DNA of 64,000 nt from an uncultured Clostridium sp. (GTDB lineage: Bacteria; Bacillota; Clostridia; Clostridiales; Clostridiaceae): positions 1,315 to 65,314 of the forward strand of contig NZ_CAMQRY010000003.1 in the NCBI RefSeq assembly GCF_947036855.1. The letters are read 5' to 3'. The translations under genes and the position numbers were made by a program. Each line of letters begins with the position of its first letter. The first letter of the stretch is position 1. Under the pieces are notes generated by a model. The model saw nothing but the letters and a program-made list of their open reading frames with translations. It did no database searches and was not told the origin of the DNA. This document shows, one piece after another, positions 1-9,339 of this stretch.

Positions 1-76
1 CTACATCTTTTCTTTTTAAGTAGTCTTTAGCTTTATCACACCAAGGACATACTGGAGTACTATATACTTTTATCAT
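1..76 (-). CDS. glutaredoxin-like protein, N-terminal fragment (gene continues beyond window start)
   Basis: The reverse strand reads AGAGGTG-N6-ATG, then MIKVYSTPVCPWCDKAKDYLKRKDV. This is a thioredoxin-fold CPWC redox motif typical of small glutaredoxin/NrdH-like proteins. It is truncated by the window edge, so it is absent from the ORF track. Confidence 0.6.
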   Translation of the reverse strand, partial: MIKVYSTPVCPWCDKAKDYLKRKDV

Positions 77-480
77 TTAATTCACCTCTTGAGTTTATTT
101 ATAAATTTTATTACTTTTAGTGCTTACTTGAAATAATTTATTAATATGTTTATTTGAAGTAGCATACTAATTAAAAGTAATTATGGTTTATTATAACTTT
201 AAAAAATGTTATTTTTGTGTGGATTCTGTGTCAATAGAATTATTTATTAAAAAGTTATTCATAATATCACTATTTTCAACATTGACTTTGCTAATTATAG
301 GTTTTTCAGTTGCTTTAAGCGGATTGCTATATAATAAATCACTTGATTTTAATAAGTTTACTAGTTTATCCAAAAAAATCACTCCTACTATTTTATAGTA
401 ATAGTATTCTTCAAAAACGAATTAACTATTCATATCTTTGAAAAAATATTAAAATAGTTAAGAAAGTGTAAACAGCACAA

Positions 481-511
481 AGTGGTCTAGACAAGTCTGG
501 TCTAGACCACT
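481..511 (+). promoter_or_regulatory. NagR/DasR-type (dre-like) double operator overlapping the promoter
   Basis: The sequence is AGTGGTCTAGAC-AAGTCTG-GTCTAGACCACT. The two 12-nt arms are a perfect inverted repeat, and each contains the TGGTCTAGAC core of GntR/HutC NagR/DasR sites. It sits directly upstream of a GntR/HutC regulator and nagB. Confidence 0.65.
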
Positions 512-516
512 ATAAT
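488..516 (+). promoter_or_regulatory. sigma-A type promoter of the nagR-nagB operon (TAGACA-17-TATAAT)
   Basis: TAGACA lies at 488-493, followed by a 17-nt spacer and TATAAT at 511-516, about 20 nt upstream of the GGAGG/ATG of the GntR gene. Confidence 0.6.
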
Positions 517-536
517 TAGTTTAGGAGGAGAATTTT

Positions 537-1259
537 ATGATAGATAAAAGTAGTCAAGTTCCTGCATATCTTCAATTAAAATCTATAATTTTAGATAATA
601 TTGAGAAAGGAATTTGGAAAGAAGGGAATTTAATATCTAGTGAGCGTGAATTATCAGAAAAATTCTTAATTAGTAGAATGACGATTAGGCAGGCTTTAGG
701 TGAATTAGTACAAGAAGGATTTTTAATTAAGAAAAAAGGTAAAGGTACTTATGTATGTAAGCCAAAAGTTACACAAAAAGATATTATGAGTTTCACTGAA
801 ATAATAGAAAAAACAGGTGGAAAGCTTGAAAATATTATTTTAAACTTTGATGTTATAAAAACTCCAAAATTTTTACATTCTATGCTTTCTGAAGATACAG
901 TTTATAAGATTGATAGAAATAGAGTTGTTGATGGTGAGATTATAGCAAATGAGCTTATATATATGCCGTACTCTTTAGGTAAAAACTTAACTGAGGAAAA
1001 TATAAAGGATTCAATATATAAATATTTAGAATCTATGAATCATCATATATCTTATTGTGATTCAAGTATAAACGCTATTTTATATAATGATGATTTTGCA
1101 AAGCTATTTAAACTTGATGATAAAGTAGCACTGTTAAATGTTAATAACAAGGTATATAGCCAAGATGATAAAATGCTTTTTTATGAAAAGGCAATTTATA
1201 GATCAGACAAATATACCTTAGAAGTAAATATATATAAAAGAGAGGGGAAATTAAAATGA
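537..1259 (+). CDS. nagR: GntR/HutC-family transcriptional regulator (N-acetylglucosamine utilisation repressor NagR/YvoA-like)
   Basis: The N-terminal winged HTH (PAYLQLK...LISSERELSEKFLISRMTIRQALGELVQEGFL) is followed by a UTRA-type C-terminal half. The gene overlaps nagB by 4 nt and has the dre-like operator upstream. Confidence 0.75.
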   Translation: MIDKSSQVPAYLQLKSIILDNIEKGIWKEGNLISSERELSEKFLISRMTIRQALGELVQEGFLIKKKGKGTYVCKPKVTQKDIMSFTEIIEKTGGKLENIILNFDVIKTPKFLHSMLSEDTVYKIDRNRVVDGEIIANELIYMPYSLGKNLTEENIKDSIYKYLESMNHHISYCDSSINAILYNDDFAKLFKLDDKVALLNVNNKVYSQDDKMLFYEKAIYRSDKYTLEVNIYKREGKLK

Positions 1260-1987
1260 AAATAGTAGTAGTAAAAAATTATGAAGAAGTTAGTTTAAAA
1301 GCAGCACAGTTTATGGCAGAGATAGTTAATAATAAACCAGAGGCAGTTCTAGGACTTGCAACAGGTGGAACTCCAGTAGGGATGTATGAAAACTTAATTA
1401 AAATGAATAAAGATGGAAAAGTGGATTTTTCAAAAGTTACAAGTGTTAACTTAGATGAGTATGTTGGACTTTCAGGAGAGCATAAGAAAAGTTATAGATT
1501 CTTTATGAATGATACACTTTTCAATCATATCAACATTGATAAAGCTAGAACTTTTGTACCTAATGGTTTAGCAAAAGATATAGAAGCAGAGTGTTTAGCT
1601 TATGATCACAGAATCGTAGAACTTGGTGGAATTGATCTTCAATTACTAGGTCTTGGTGGAAATGGGCATATTGCATTCAATGAGCCAGATAGCCATTTAG
1701 TAGTAGGAAGTCACCTAACAGGATTAACTAAGGATACTATAGATGCAAATGCTAGATTCTTTAAGAATGCTAGTGAAGTTCCACAAACAGCTGTAACAAT
1801 GGGTCTTGGTGGAATTATGCAAGCGAAGAAAATACTTCTTATAGCTAGTGGAGAAGGAAAAGCTGAAGCAGTACAAAGTATGATGAATGGAAAAATAACA
1901 GCAGATTGTCCAGCATCTATGTTACAAATGCACAGAGATGTAACTATTATTATTGATGAAGCTGCTGCTGCTAAAATTTCTAAATAA
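1256..1987 (+). CDS. nagB: glucosamine-6-phosphate deaminase
   Basis: 243 aa with LGLATGGTP, NLDEY and GLGGNGHIAFNEP motifs, which are characteristic of NagB. Confidence 0.95.
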   Translation: MKIVVVKNYEEVSLKAAQFMAEIVNNKPEAVLGLATGGTPVGMYENLIKMNKDGKVDFSKVTSVNLDEYVGLSGEHKKSYRFFMNDTLFNHINIDKARTFVPNGLAKDIEAECLAYDHRIVELGGIDLQLLGLGGNGHIAFNEPDSHLVVGSHLTGLTKDTIDANARFFKNASEVPQTAVTMGLGGIMQAKKILLIASGEGKAEAVQSMMNGKITADCPASMLQMHRDVTIIIDEAAAAKISK

Positions 1988-2006
1988 TTTTAGTTGTGTA
2001 GAAGGG

Positions 2007-2060
2007 CTGTATGGTATTAGAGTTTAAGTAAAACTCTAATATTGCATGCAGTTTTTTTTT
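2007..2060 (+). terminator. rho-independent terminator after nagB
   Basis: An imperfect long stem (ctgtatggtattagagttt / aaactctaatattgcatgcag) is followed by T9. Confidence 0.75.
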
Positions 2061-2246
2061 ATATGAATTTAAATTAATAAATAAAGTATTAAATTTCAAA
2101 TAAATAGACAATAATAAAAATATAAATTAAATAGAGAAAATATATATTACAAATATGTTTAAGTTTTAATATATTTATATGATATTATTATATTATATTA
2201 TATTATATAAATATATTTAAAAAGAATAAATTTGGAGTTGTGATAA

Positions 2247-3620
2247 ATGGCAAAAGTAAAAACTGTATTCTTCTGCCAAGAGTGTGGATTTGAGTCACTT
2301 AAGTGGATGGGAAAATGTTCATCTTGTGGAAAGTGGAATACAATGGTTGAAGAAGTCAAAGAAGTAGCTGGTAAAGAAACAAAGCCTACTATTAATATGA
2401 CAGAAAAAATGAACACCTTAAAAAAAATAGGTGATATAAAATCTGGTGATAAATTAAGATATGATACTCAAATTTTAGAATTAAATAGAGTGCTTGGTGG
2501 AGGTCTTGTAAAAGGTTCTCTTACATTAATATCAGGTGCACCAGGAATTGGTAAATCAACATTGTTATTACAAGCAGCTAATAATATGTGTAATAAATAT
2601 GGAAAAGTTCTTTATGTATCTGGTGAGGAGTCTGAAGAACAGATAAAAATCAGAGGTGATAGACTAGGAGTTACTGCAGATGAATTATATATTGTAGCAG
2701 AAAACAATCTTGATATTATAGAAGCTTATATAGATGAAATCAAACCAGTTTTTATAATTATAGATTCAATTCAAACAGTATATAGAGAAAGTGTATCATC
2801 AGCTCCAGGTAGTATTTCGCAAGTTAAAGAGTGTTCAAATATTATGATGAGAATTGCAAAAGGAAAAAATATTCCGCTATTTATAGTTGCCCATGTTACA
2901 AAGCAAGGGGAACTTGCAGGACCTAAAGTTTTAGAGCATATGGTTGATACAGTTTTATCTTTTGAAGGAGAAAGAACAGAAGATTTTAGAGTTCTTAGAA
3001 CTATGAAAAATAGATTTGGAACAACATCTGAAATTGGAGTTTTTGAAATGAGTGAGATAGGACTTGTTCAAGTAACCGATCCATCTAAATTATTTTTAGA
3101 GGATACAAGTTTTGGACAGGAAGGTTCGGCTGTTATAGGAATAATGGAAGGAACAAGACCAATTCTTGTTGAAATACAATCTTTAGTTAGTGAAACTAAG
3201 GCTCCAATGCCGAGAAGAACTGCTATAGGATTTGATAATTCAAGAATGAGTTTAATACTTGCTGTTCTTGAAAAAAAATTAAAAGTCTATTTTTATAATT
3301 GTGATGTTTATTTAAATGTTGTTGGTGGACTTAGTATTGAAGGAACAACAGGAGATTTAGGAATAGCATTATCACTATTTTCATCTAATAAGGGTATTAC
3401 AACTTCTTTAGAAAAAGTAATAATAATAGGTGAAGTAGGACTTACAGGAGAAATAAGGCCAGTTTCAAGTTGTGATAGAATTTTAAATGAAGCCGAGAAA
3501 ATGGGATTTATTAATGCAATAATACCTTATAAAAATATAGAAAAGGTAAAAGGGAAAAATAAAATTAATTTAATAGGAGTTAGTACTTTAAGAGAGGCAA
3601 TCGCTAAGATTTATAAGTAG
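2247..3620 (+). CDS. radA: DNA repair protein RadA (Sms)
   Basis: N-terminal zinc ribbon (CQECGF...CSSCGKWN), Walker A (GAPGIGKST), the KNRFG motif and a Lon-like C-terminal domain. Confidence 0.95.
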   Translation: MAKVKTVFFCQECGFESLKWMGKCSSCGKWNTMVEEVKEVAGKETKPTINMTEKMNTLKKIGDIKSGDKLRYDTQILELNRVLGGGLVKGSLTLISGAPGIGKSTLLLQAANNMCNKYGKVLYVSGEESEEQIKIRGDRLGVTADELYIVAENNLDIIEAYIDEIKPVFIIIDSIQTVYRESVSSAPGSISQVKECSNIMMRIAKGKNIPLFIVAHVTKQGELAGPKVLEHMVDTVLSFEGERTEDFRVLRTMKNRFGTTSEIGVFEMSEIGLVQVTDPSKLFLEDTSFGQEGSAVIGIMEGTRPILVEIQSLVSETKAPMPRRTAIGFDNSRMSLILAVLEKKLKVYFYNCDVYLNVVGGLSIEGTTGDLGIALSLFSSNKGITTSLEKVIIIGEVGLTGEIRPVSSCDRILNEAEKMGFINAIIPYKNIEKVKGKNKINLIGVSTLREAIAKIYK

Positions 3621-3632
3621 ATAGGTGAGTGT

Positions 3633-4691
3633 ATGAGATTAGAAAATAATAAAGAATTAAAAAATATACTAAAGATAATGAGTCCAGGGACTACTTTGAG
3701 AGAAGGACTTGAAAATATTTTAAGAGCTAAAACAGGAGGTCTTGTTGTTTTAAGCAATAAGGAGGAAGTTTTAGAGGTTGTAGATGGTGGTTTTAAAATA
3801 GATTCACCATATTCACCAGCATATATATATGAACTTGCAAAAATGGATGGGGCGCTTATCATTAGTTCAGATCTTAAAAGAATACTTGTTGCTAATGCAC
3901 AGTTAATGCCACATTCATCAATAGCAACTTTTGAAACTGGAACTAGACATAGAACAGCGCAAAGAGTTGCAAAGCAAACAGGATGTATAGCAATAGCAAT
4001 ATCACAAAGAAGAAATATGATTTCTATTTATAAAAGTGATATAAAGTATGTTTTAAGAGATAGTAGTATAGTTTTATCAAAGGCAAATCAAGCTGTTCAA
4101 ACACTTGAAAGGTATATAAAGGTTTTAGACAAGGTTATAAATAATCTTAATATATTAGAATTTCAAGATTTAGCAACTTTATTTGATGTTGCAGGGGCTA
4201 TTCAAAGAACTGAAATGGTTATGAGAATAGTTCAAGAAGTTGAAGGATATATTATAGAGCTTGGAAATGAAGGCCGATTAATATCTATGCAGCTTAATGA
4301 ACTTGTAAATTGCGTAGAGCAAGATGGAATTCTTTTAATAAGAGATTATTGTAAAGAGGGCATTGATTATGAAAATATATATAAAGAGATGCAAAAACTA
4401 AGTTCAGAAGAACTTTTAGATGTGGAACAAATATCGAAGTTACTTGGATATACAGGAAAAGGACTAACTGAAAGCTTTATAGCACCTAAAGGTTATAGAA
4501 TAACAAATAAAGTTCCAAGGATTCCTTCAACAGTTATAGAAAATTTAGTATCTCATTTTGGAAATCTTAAATTTATACTAGAAGCATCTAAAGAAGATTT
4601 AGATATGGTTGAAGGTATAGGAGAAGCTAGAGCGAGAGCTATAAGAAATGGACTTAGAAGAATTCAAGAGCAAGTTTCATTAAAGAAATAG
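3633..4691 (+). CDS. disA: DNA integrity scanning protein DisA (diadenylate cyclase)
   Basis: DAC domain motifs (DGALII, TRHRTA) plus a C-terminal HhH ([12 protein letters not shown]). Conserved radA-disA order. Confidence 0.95.
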   Translation: MRLENNKELKNILKIMSPGTTLREGLENILRAKTGGLVVLSNKEEVLEVVDGGFKIDSPYSPAYIYELAKMDGALIISSDLKRILVANAQLMPHSSIATFETGTRHRTAQRVAKQTGCIAIAISQRRNMISIYKSDIKYVLRDSSIVLSKANQAVQTLERYIKVLDKVINNLNILEFQDLATLFDVAGAIQRTEMVMRIVQEVEGYIIELGNEGRLISMQLNELVNCVEQDGILLIRDYCKEGIDYENIYKEMQKLSSEELLDVEQISKLLGYTGKGLTESFIAPKGYRITNKVPRIPSTVIENLVSHFGNLKFILEASKEDLDMVEGIGEARARAIRNGLRRIQEQVSLKK

Positions 4692-4702
4692 ATAGAATAA
4701 AA

Positions 4703-4750
4703 GATGCAATGCGGGGCAAAATAAGTAAGCCTGCATTGCATCTTTTTTTT
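4703..4750. terminator. bidirectional rho-independent terminator (disA / convergent minus-strand gene)
   Basis: GATGCAATGCGG...CCTGCATTGCATC stem flanked by an A-run upstream and T8 downstream. The stop codon of the minus-strand ORF overlaps the T-run. Confidence 0.85.
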
Positions 4751-5144
4751 ATCTAAAAGTAAACTCGCCAAGAGTTTTCATTTTTTCATTTTCTTTTACT
4801 AGTATATCAAAGAAATTTATATCTAGAGTTTCACAAAGGGAAACTAGATAGAAAATATTATTGCCAAGTTCAGTTTCTATAACACTACGGCAGTTTTCAC
4901 AAATAGTACCATTGATATGAGAATCAAGTGAACTTTTGAAACTTGCAATAGAGTCGCTATCAGAAAAATTTTGTTTAGAAGCATTTATTTCAACACAACC
5001 ACAAGATGTGATAGCTTTACAAATAGCTCTAAAAATTCTAGCTTGAGAATCTTGATGTTTGCTTAAAATATCTAGTATACTTTTATGTCTTAGCAAAGAA
5101 TCAGCTACGGTACTTTGAAATTTATCAAATATTAAATCATTCAT
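4749..5144 (-). CDS. hypothetical Cys-rich helical protein (131 aa)
   Basis: I place the start at ATG 5144, because AAGGAG lies 12 nt upstream while the track's TTG at 5156 abuts the SD. The protein contains SCGC and CENC cysteine pairs. A C-terminal helix, ETELGNNIFYLVSLCETLDI, resembles the MazG-type E-x-x-[LI]-G-[DN]-x-[LI]-F-x-L motif. No confident family call. Confidence 0.6.
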   Translation of the reverse strand: MNDLIFDKFQSTVADSLLRHKSILDILSKHQDSQARIFRAICKAITSCGCVEINASKQNFSDSDSIASFKSSLDSHINGTICENCRSVIETELGNNIFYLVSLCETLDINFFDILVKENEKMKTLGEFTFR

Positions 5145-5453
5145 TTTAAAATACAACTCCTTAGTTTATAACCTTATATAATATAATATAATAACATTTA
5201 AAAATTAAGTAAATTACATATAAAAAACACTTGCAACGTTTAGTCTAATATAAAACAAATATAAGAAAATTAATAGGGGGTGATGTATAAAAATATTAAT
5301 AAAAAAGATAGTTAAAAGTAAGATTGGATTAACCTTAAATATAAGACTCTAATAAAATGATGTGTTATAATTAGGTAATGTAGGTAAAAACCTATCAGGA
5401 ATTATAATATATTTTTTTTATTCATGTTAATAATAAAATAGGAGGTGGTAGCT

Positions 5454-6569
5454 ATGATTAAAAAAGTTTTTAGAGGATTAGTTACAATATTTGGTGTTTT
5501 GCTTGGTGCAGTAATATCAGATGTAGTGTTAAAGAGTTCGGCTATAGAAAATATAGAGTTTTTATCTAATAATATAACTAAAGTAATAAGTTATACATTA
5601 ATATCAGCTTTATTTGGTATTATATTTTTCTTTATTTCACCATATATATATAAAGGAATATCTAAGATTGTTGAGACAATAGAAAGTAGTGTTGGTAAAC
5701 TTAGTGGAAGTGAACTTATATTTGGTTTACTTGGAGCTATATTTGGAATACTTGTTGCATCAGTAGTATTCTTGCCAGTAAAGAGTTTACTTACTGGACT
5801 AAGTGCTAATCTTGGATCACTAATAGGTAATATAATGTATATATTTGCTGATATTATATTGGGAGTTATAGGGATTAATATATTTGTTAAGAGAAGAAAT
5901 GAAATTATAGCTTTCTTTGAAGGTTTAAAAAAACCATCAGTAAGCAAAGAGAAAAAAGCTAAAACACAAAGAAGTAAATTTCCTAAAATCTTAGATACAT
6001 CAGTAATAATAGATGGAAGAATTTTTGATTTGTGTAAAACAGGATTTATAGAAGGTACTTTAGTTATACCAGGTTTTGTACTTGATGAACTTAGACATGT
6101 ATCAGATTGCTCTGATTCTTTGAAAAGAGTAAGAGGAAGAAGGGGTCTTGATATATTAAATAAAATTCAAAAGGAACTAGATATGGAGGTTGAAATTTGG
6201 GAAGGTGATTTTCCCGAAATAAGTGAAGTTGATAGTAAACTTTTAAAACTTGCACAAAAAATTGAGGGTAAAGTACTTACAAATGATTATAATTTAAATA
6301 AGGTTGCAGAGGTTCAAGGTGTGCCAGTTCTTAATATTAATGAACTTGCTAATGCTATAAAACCTGTTGTTTTACCAGGTGAGGATATGACTATAAGAAT
6401 AGTTAAGGATGGTAAAGAACAGACTCAAGGTGTTGCATATTTAGATGATGGAACTATGATAGTTGTTGAGGGTGGTAGAAAATATATGAACCAAGAGATA
6501 ACTGTTGAAGTAACTTCAGTATTACAAACTGCTGCTGGAAGAATGATTTTTGCAAAGAAAAAGGATTAA
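5454..6569 (+). CDS. PIN/TRAM domain membrane protein (YacL-like)
   Basis: N-terminal TM helices, a PIN domain (ILDTSVIIDGRI...LTNDYNLNKVA) and a C-terminal TRAM domain. The position between disA and ispD matches Bacillus yacL. The start is ATG 5454, after GGAGGTG. Confidence 0.85.
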   Translation: MIKKVFRGLVTIFGVLLGAVISDVVLKSSAIENIEFLSNNITKVISYTLISALFGIIFFFISPYIYKGISKIVETIESSVGKLSGSELIFGLLGAIFGILVASVVFLPVKSLLTGLSANLGSLIGNIMYIFADIILGVIGINIFVKRRNEIIAFFEGLKKPSVSKEKKAKTQRSKFPKILDTSVIIDGRIFDLCKTGFIEGTLVIPGFVLDELRHVSDCSDSLKRVRGRRGLDILNKIQKELDMEVEIWEGDFPEISEVDSKLLKLAQKIEGKVLTNDYNLNKVAEVQGVPVLNINELANAIKPVVLPGEDMTIRIVKDGKEQTQGVAYLDDGTMIVVEGGRKYMNQEITVEVTSVLQTAAGRMIFAKKKD

Positions 6570-6576
6570 TTAAATT

Positions 6577-7254
6577 ATGAAGAATGTAGCTATAATACTA
6601 GCAGGTGGAAAAGGGAAAAGAATGAATGCACCAGTTAGTAAACAATTTATAGAAATAGATGAAAAGCCTTTAATATACTATACTATAAAGAAATTTGAGC
6701 AGTGTAAGATGGTAAATGAAATAATAATTGTTCTTCCAAAAGATGAAATTGATTATTTTAATACAAAAATACAAAGTAGATTTAATTTTAATATAAGTAA
6801 AATTGTTGAAGGTGGAGCAGAAAGGTCAGATTCTGTATATAATGCATTAAAAGCTATAGAAAATGCTAATGTTGTATTGATACATGATGGAGCTAGAGCG
6901 TTTGTTTCAAATAAAATAATTGAAGATGGAATAAATTTTGCATATGAGTTTGGAGCAGCAGCACCAGGAGTTGTTCCAAAGGATACTATAAAAGTAAGAA
7001 ATGAAAATTCATTTTCAAAAGAAACACCGACAAGAGAAAGTTTGTTTGCTATTCAAACACCGCAGTGCTTTAATTATTCTATGATTAAAGAGTGTCATGA
7101 AAAGATACAAAAAGAAAATATTTGTGTAACTGATGATACTATGGTTGTTGAGCATTATGGAAATAAAGTATATCTTTATGAAGGTGATTATAAAAATATT
7201 AAATTAACGACAGAAGAAGATTTAATACTAGCAAGAGAGTTTGTAAAGTATTAA
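6577..7254 (+). CDS. ispD: 2-C-methyl-D-erythritol 4-phosphate cytidylyltransferase
   Basis: AIILAGGKGKRM N-terminus and the VLIHDGAR motif. Conserved location. Confidence 0.9.
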   Translation: MKNVAIILAGGKGKRMNAPVSKQFIEIDEKPLIYYTIKKFEQCKMVNEIIIVLPKDEIDYFNTKIQSRFNFNISKIVEGGAERSDSVYNALKAIENANVVLIHDGARAFVSNKIIEDGINFAYEFGAAAPGVVPKDTIKVRNENSFSKETPTRESLFAIQTPQCFNYSMIKECHEKIQKENICVTDDTMVVEHYGNKVYLYEGDYKNIKLTTEEDLILAREFVKY

Positions 7255-7273
7255 AAGCTGTCATAGCGTTATA

Positions 7274-7302
7274 TTGACATGAATAAAATTAACATATATA
7301 AT
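7274..7302 (+). promoter_or_regulatory. sigma-A promoter for T-box/proS (TTGACA-17-TATAAT)
   Basis: Perfect consensus hexamers at 7274-7279 and 7297-7302. Confidence 0.8.
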
Positions 7303-7309
7303 TTAGAAA

Positions 7310-7527
7310 GTTAAAAGAAAATATTGCAAAACTATGATGAAGAATAGTAGAAGAAAACAGTTTAGAGAGGAGATTCACCGGCTGAAAGATTTCCAAAAAA
7401 ACTTTGAACCTACTTCGGAGTATAGCAAAACTATCGGTTTAATACCGTTATCATGATTAGAGTACAAATTTAGGTGGTACCGCGAGATATATAACTCGCC
7501 CTAATAATATTAGGGCGGGTTTTTTTA
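7310..7527 (+). promoter_or_regulatory. T-box riboswitch leader, proline specifier (CCU)
   Basis: AGAGA box at 7364-7368. The specifier context is GAA-CCU-A, with CCT at 7409-7411. The conserved T-box sequence AAUUUAGGUGGUACCGCG lies at 7467-7484. A terminator follows (CGCCCTAATAATATTAGGGCG + T7, 7498-7527). Confidence 0.9.
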
Positions 7528-7563
7528 TTTTTTTATAAAGAATTGTTAGGAGGATATTTAGTA

Positions 7564-9261
7564 ATGAAAATGTCAAAGATGTTAATATCTACATTAAGAG
7601 AAGTTCCAGCTGAAGCTGAAATAGAAAGTCATAAGTTAATGCTTAGAGCGGGGCTTATGAGAAAAAGTGCAGCAGGTATATATAACTATATGCCATATGG
7701 TTTAAAAGCACTTAAAAAAGTTGAAGAAATAGTAAGAGATGAAATGAATAATGCAGGTGCAGAAGAACTTTTATGTTCTGCTATAATTCCTTCAGAACTT
7801 TGGAAAGAGTCAGGAAGATGGGATGCTTACGGCGGAGAGATGTTTAGAGTTACTGATAGAAATAGCAGAGAGTTTTGTCTTGGGCCAACTCATGAGGAAG
7901 TTTTCACAGATATAGTTAGAGGAACTGTTAAGTCATATAAACAAGCTCCACTTAACTTATATCAAATACAAACAAAGTATAGAGATGAGAGAAGACCAAG
8001 ATTTGGAGTTATGAGATCAAGAGAGTTCATAATGAAAGATGGATATAGTTTTGATATAAATCAAGAAGGTCTTGATAAAGCTTTTGATGGAATGCAAGCA
8101 GCATATAATAATATCTTTAGTAGATGTGGACTTGATGCTAAATGTGTTGAAGCTGATTCAGGTGCAATTGGTGGTTCAAATTCAGCTGAGTTTATGGTTA
8201 AGTCTTCAGTTGGTGAAGATGATATAGCTTTCTGTACTAAGTGTGATTATGCAGCAAATATAGAAAAAGCTAAAACAACAGCTGATTTAGAAGTTGTTTC
8301 AGAATTATTAGCAGTTGAAAAAGTAGAAACTCCAAATGAGAGAACAATAGAAGAAGTTGCAACATCATTAAATGTTTCAGCTAAAAATACAGTTAAAACT
8401 TTAATATTTAAAGCAGATGAAAAAGTTGTTGCTGTATTTGTTAGAGGAGATAGGGAGGTTAATGAAACTAAAGTTACTAATGCTATTGGAGATGTTTTAG
8501 AACTTCTTATGGCAAGTGATTCAATGGTTAGAGAAGCTACAAATGCTGAATGTGGATTTGCTGGTCCTATAGGACTAAAAGTTGATATGATGTTAGTTGA
8601 CGAAGAAGTTTCAAAAATGTTTAACTTTGTTGTAGGTGCTAATGAAACAGGTTACCACTTAAAGAATGTTAACTATGGTAGAGATTTTGAAGGAACTATT
8701 GGAGATTTTAGAAATATTGTTGAAGGTGAAAAATGTCCTTGTTGTGATGGAACTATCACAATAGCTAGAGGAACAGAAGTTGGACATATATTTAAGCTTG
8801 GAACAAAGTATTCAGAATCTATGGGTGCAAACTTCATAGATGAAAATGGAAAAGCTAAACCTTTCTTAATGGGATGTTATGGAATAGGAGTTACTAGAAC
8901 TCTTGCTTCAATAATAGAACAACACAATGATGAAAATGGAATAATATGGCCAATGGAAGTTGCACCATACCAAATAGTTGTAGTTCCTGTTAATTCAAAA
9001 AATGAAGAGCAAATGACTGCAGCTACAGAAATTTATGAAACTCTTAAGAAAATGAGATTTGATGTTCTTTTAGATGATAGAAAAGAAAGAGCTGGAGTTA
9101 AATTTAAAGATGCAGAACTTTTAGGAGTTCCTATGAGAGTTACTGTTGGTAGAGGAATAACTGAAGGTGAACTTGAGTTTAAACTTAGAACAGCAGCAGA
9201 GGCTGAAGTTGTTAAAGTTTCAGATATATATGATAAAATAAATGAAGAATTTAACAAATAA
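7564..9261 (+). CDS. proS: proline--tRNA ligase (bacterial type with editing domain)
   Basis: The start is ATG 7564 (MKMSKML...), 9 nt after GGAGGA. Class II aaRS motifs and an INS editing insertion are present. A Pro-specific T-box lies upstream. Confidence 0.95.
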   Translation: MKMSKMLISTLREVPAEAEIESHKLMLRAGLMRKSAAGIYNYMPYGLKALKKVEEIVRDEMNNAGAEELLCSAIIPSELWKESGRWDAYGGEMFRVTDRNSREFCLGPTHEEVFTDIVRGTVKSYKQAPLNLYQIQTKYRDERRPRFGVMRSREFIMKDGYSFDINQEGLDKAFDGMQAAYNNIFSRCGLDAKCVEADSGAIGGSNSAEFMVKSSVGEDDIAFCTKCDYAANIEKAKTTADLEVVSELLAVEKVETPNERTIEEVATSLNVSAKNTVKTLIFKADEKVVAVFVRGDREVNETKVTNAIGDVLELLMASDSMVREATNAECGFAGPIGLKVDMMLVDEEVSKMFNFVVGANETGYHLKNVNYGRDFEGTIGDFRNIVEGEKCPCCDGTITIARGTEVGHIFKLGTKYSESMGANFIDENGKAKPFLMGCYGIGVTRTLASIIEQHNDENGIIWPMEVAPYQIVVVPVNSKNEEQMTAATEIYETLKKMRFDVLLDDRKERAGVKFKDAELLGVPMRVTVGRGITEGELEFKLRTAAEAEVVKVSDIYDKINEEFNK

Positions 9262-9276
9262 TAAGTAAAATAATAG

Positions 9277-9317
9277 TATATAATATAGTGTAGAAAATCT
9301 TTACACTATATTATATA
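9277..9317 (+). other. perfect 16-bp hairpin in the proS-cysS spacer
   Basis: TATATAATATAGTGTA-gaaaatctt-TACACTATATTATATA, with no T-tract after it. Confidence 0.7.
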
Positions 9318-9339
9318 AATATACAAGGAGGTAAAAAGA

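Noticed and set aside
183-398. 71-aa + strand ORF with a hydrophobic stretch in the glutaredoxin/nagR intergenic region
   Set aside because: It has no Shine-Dalgarno before the ATG and lies in AT-rich promoter DNA. Its composition is what T-rich sequence gives by chance, and it has no recognisable motif.
2188-2207. Pentanucleotide tandem repeat (TTATA) x4 upstream of radA
   Set aside because: It is very short and lies in near-pure AT intergenic DNA. Such microrepeats are expected by chance, and it shows no link to a start codon or promoter spacer that would suggest phase variation.
5283-5315. 10-codon micro-ORF (MYKNINKKDS) after AGGGGGTG in the divergent region upstream of the PIN/TRAM gene
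   Set aside because: The SD-like G-run ends only 2 nt before the ATG, which is too close for initiation. There is no other support.
5454-6569. PIN domain considered as a possible toxin of a toxin-antitoxin module
   Set aside because: This is the conserved membrane-anchored PIN-TRAM housekeeping protein (YacL-like) in its conserved disA-ispD context. It has no adjacent antitoxin-sized gene.
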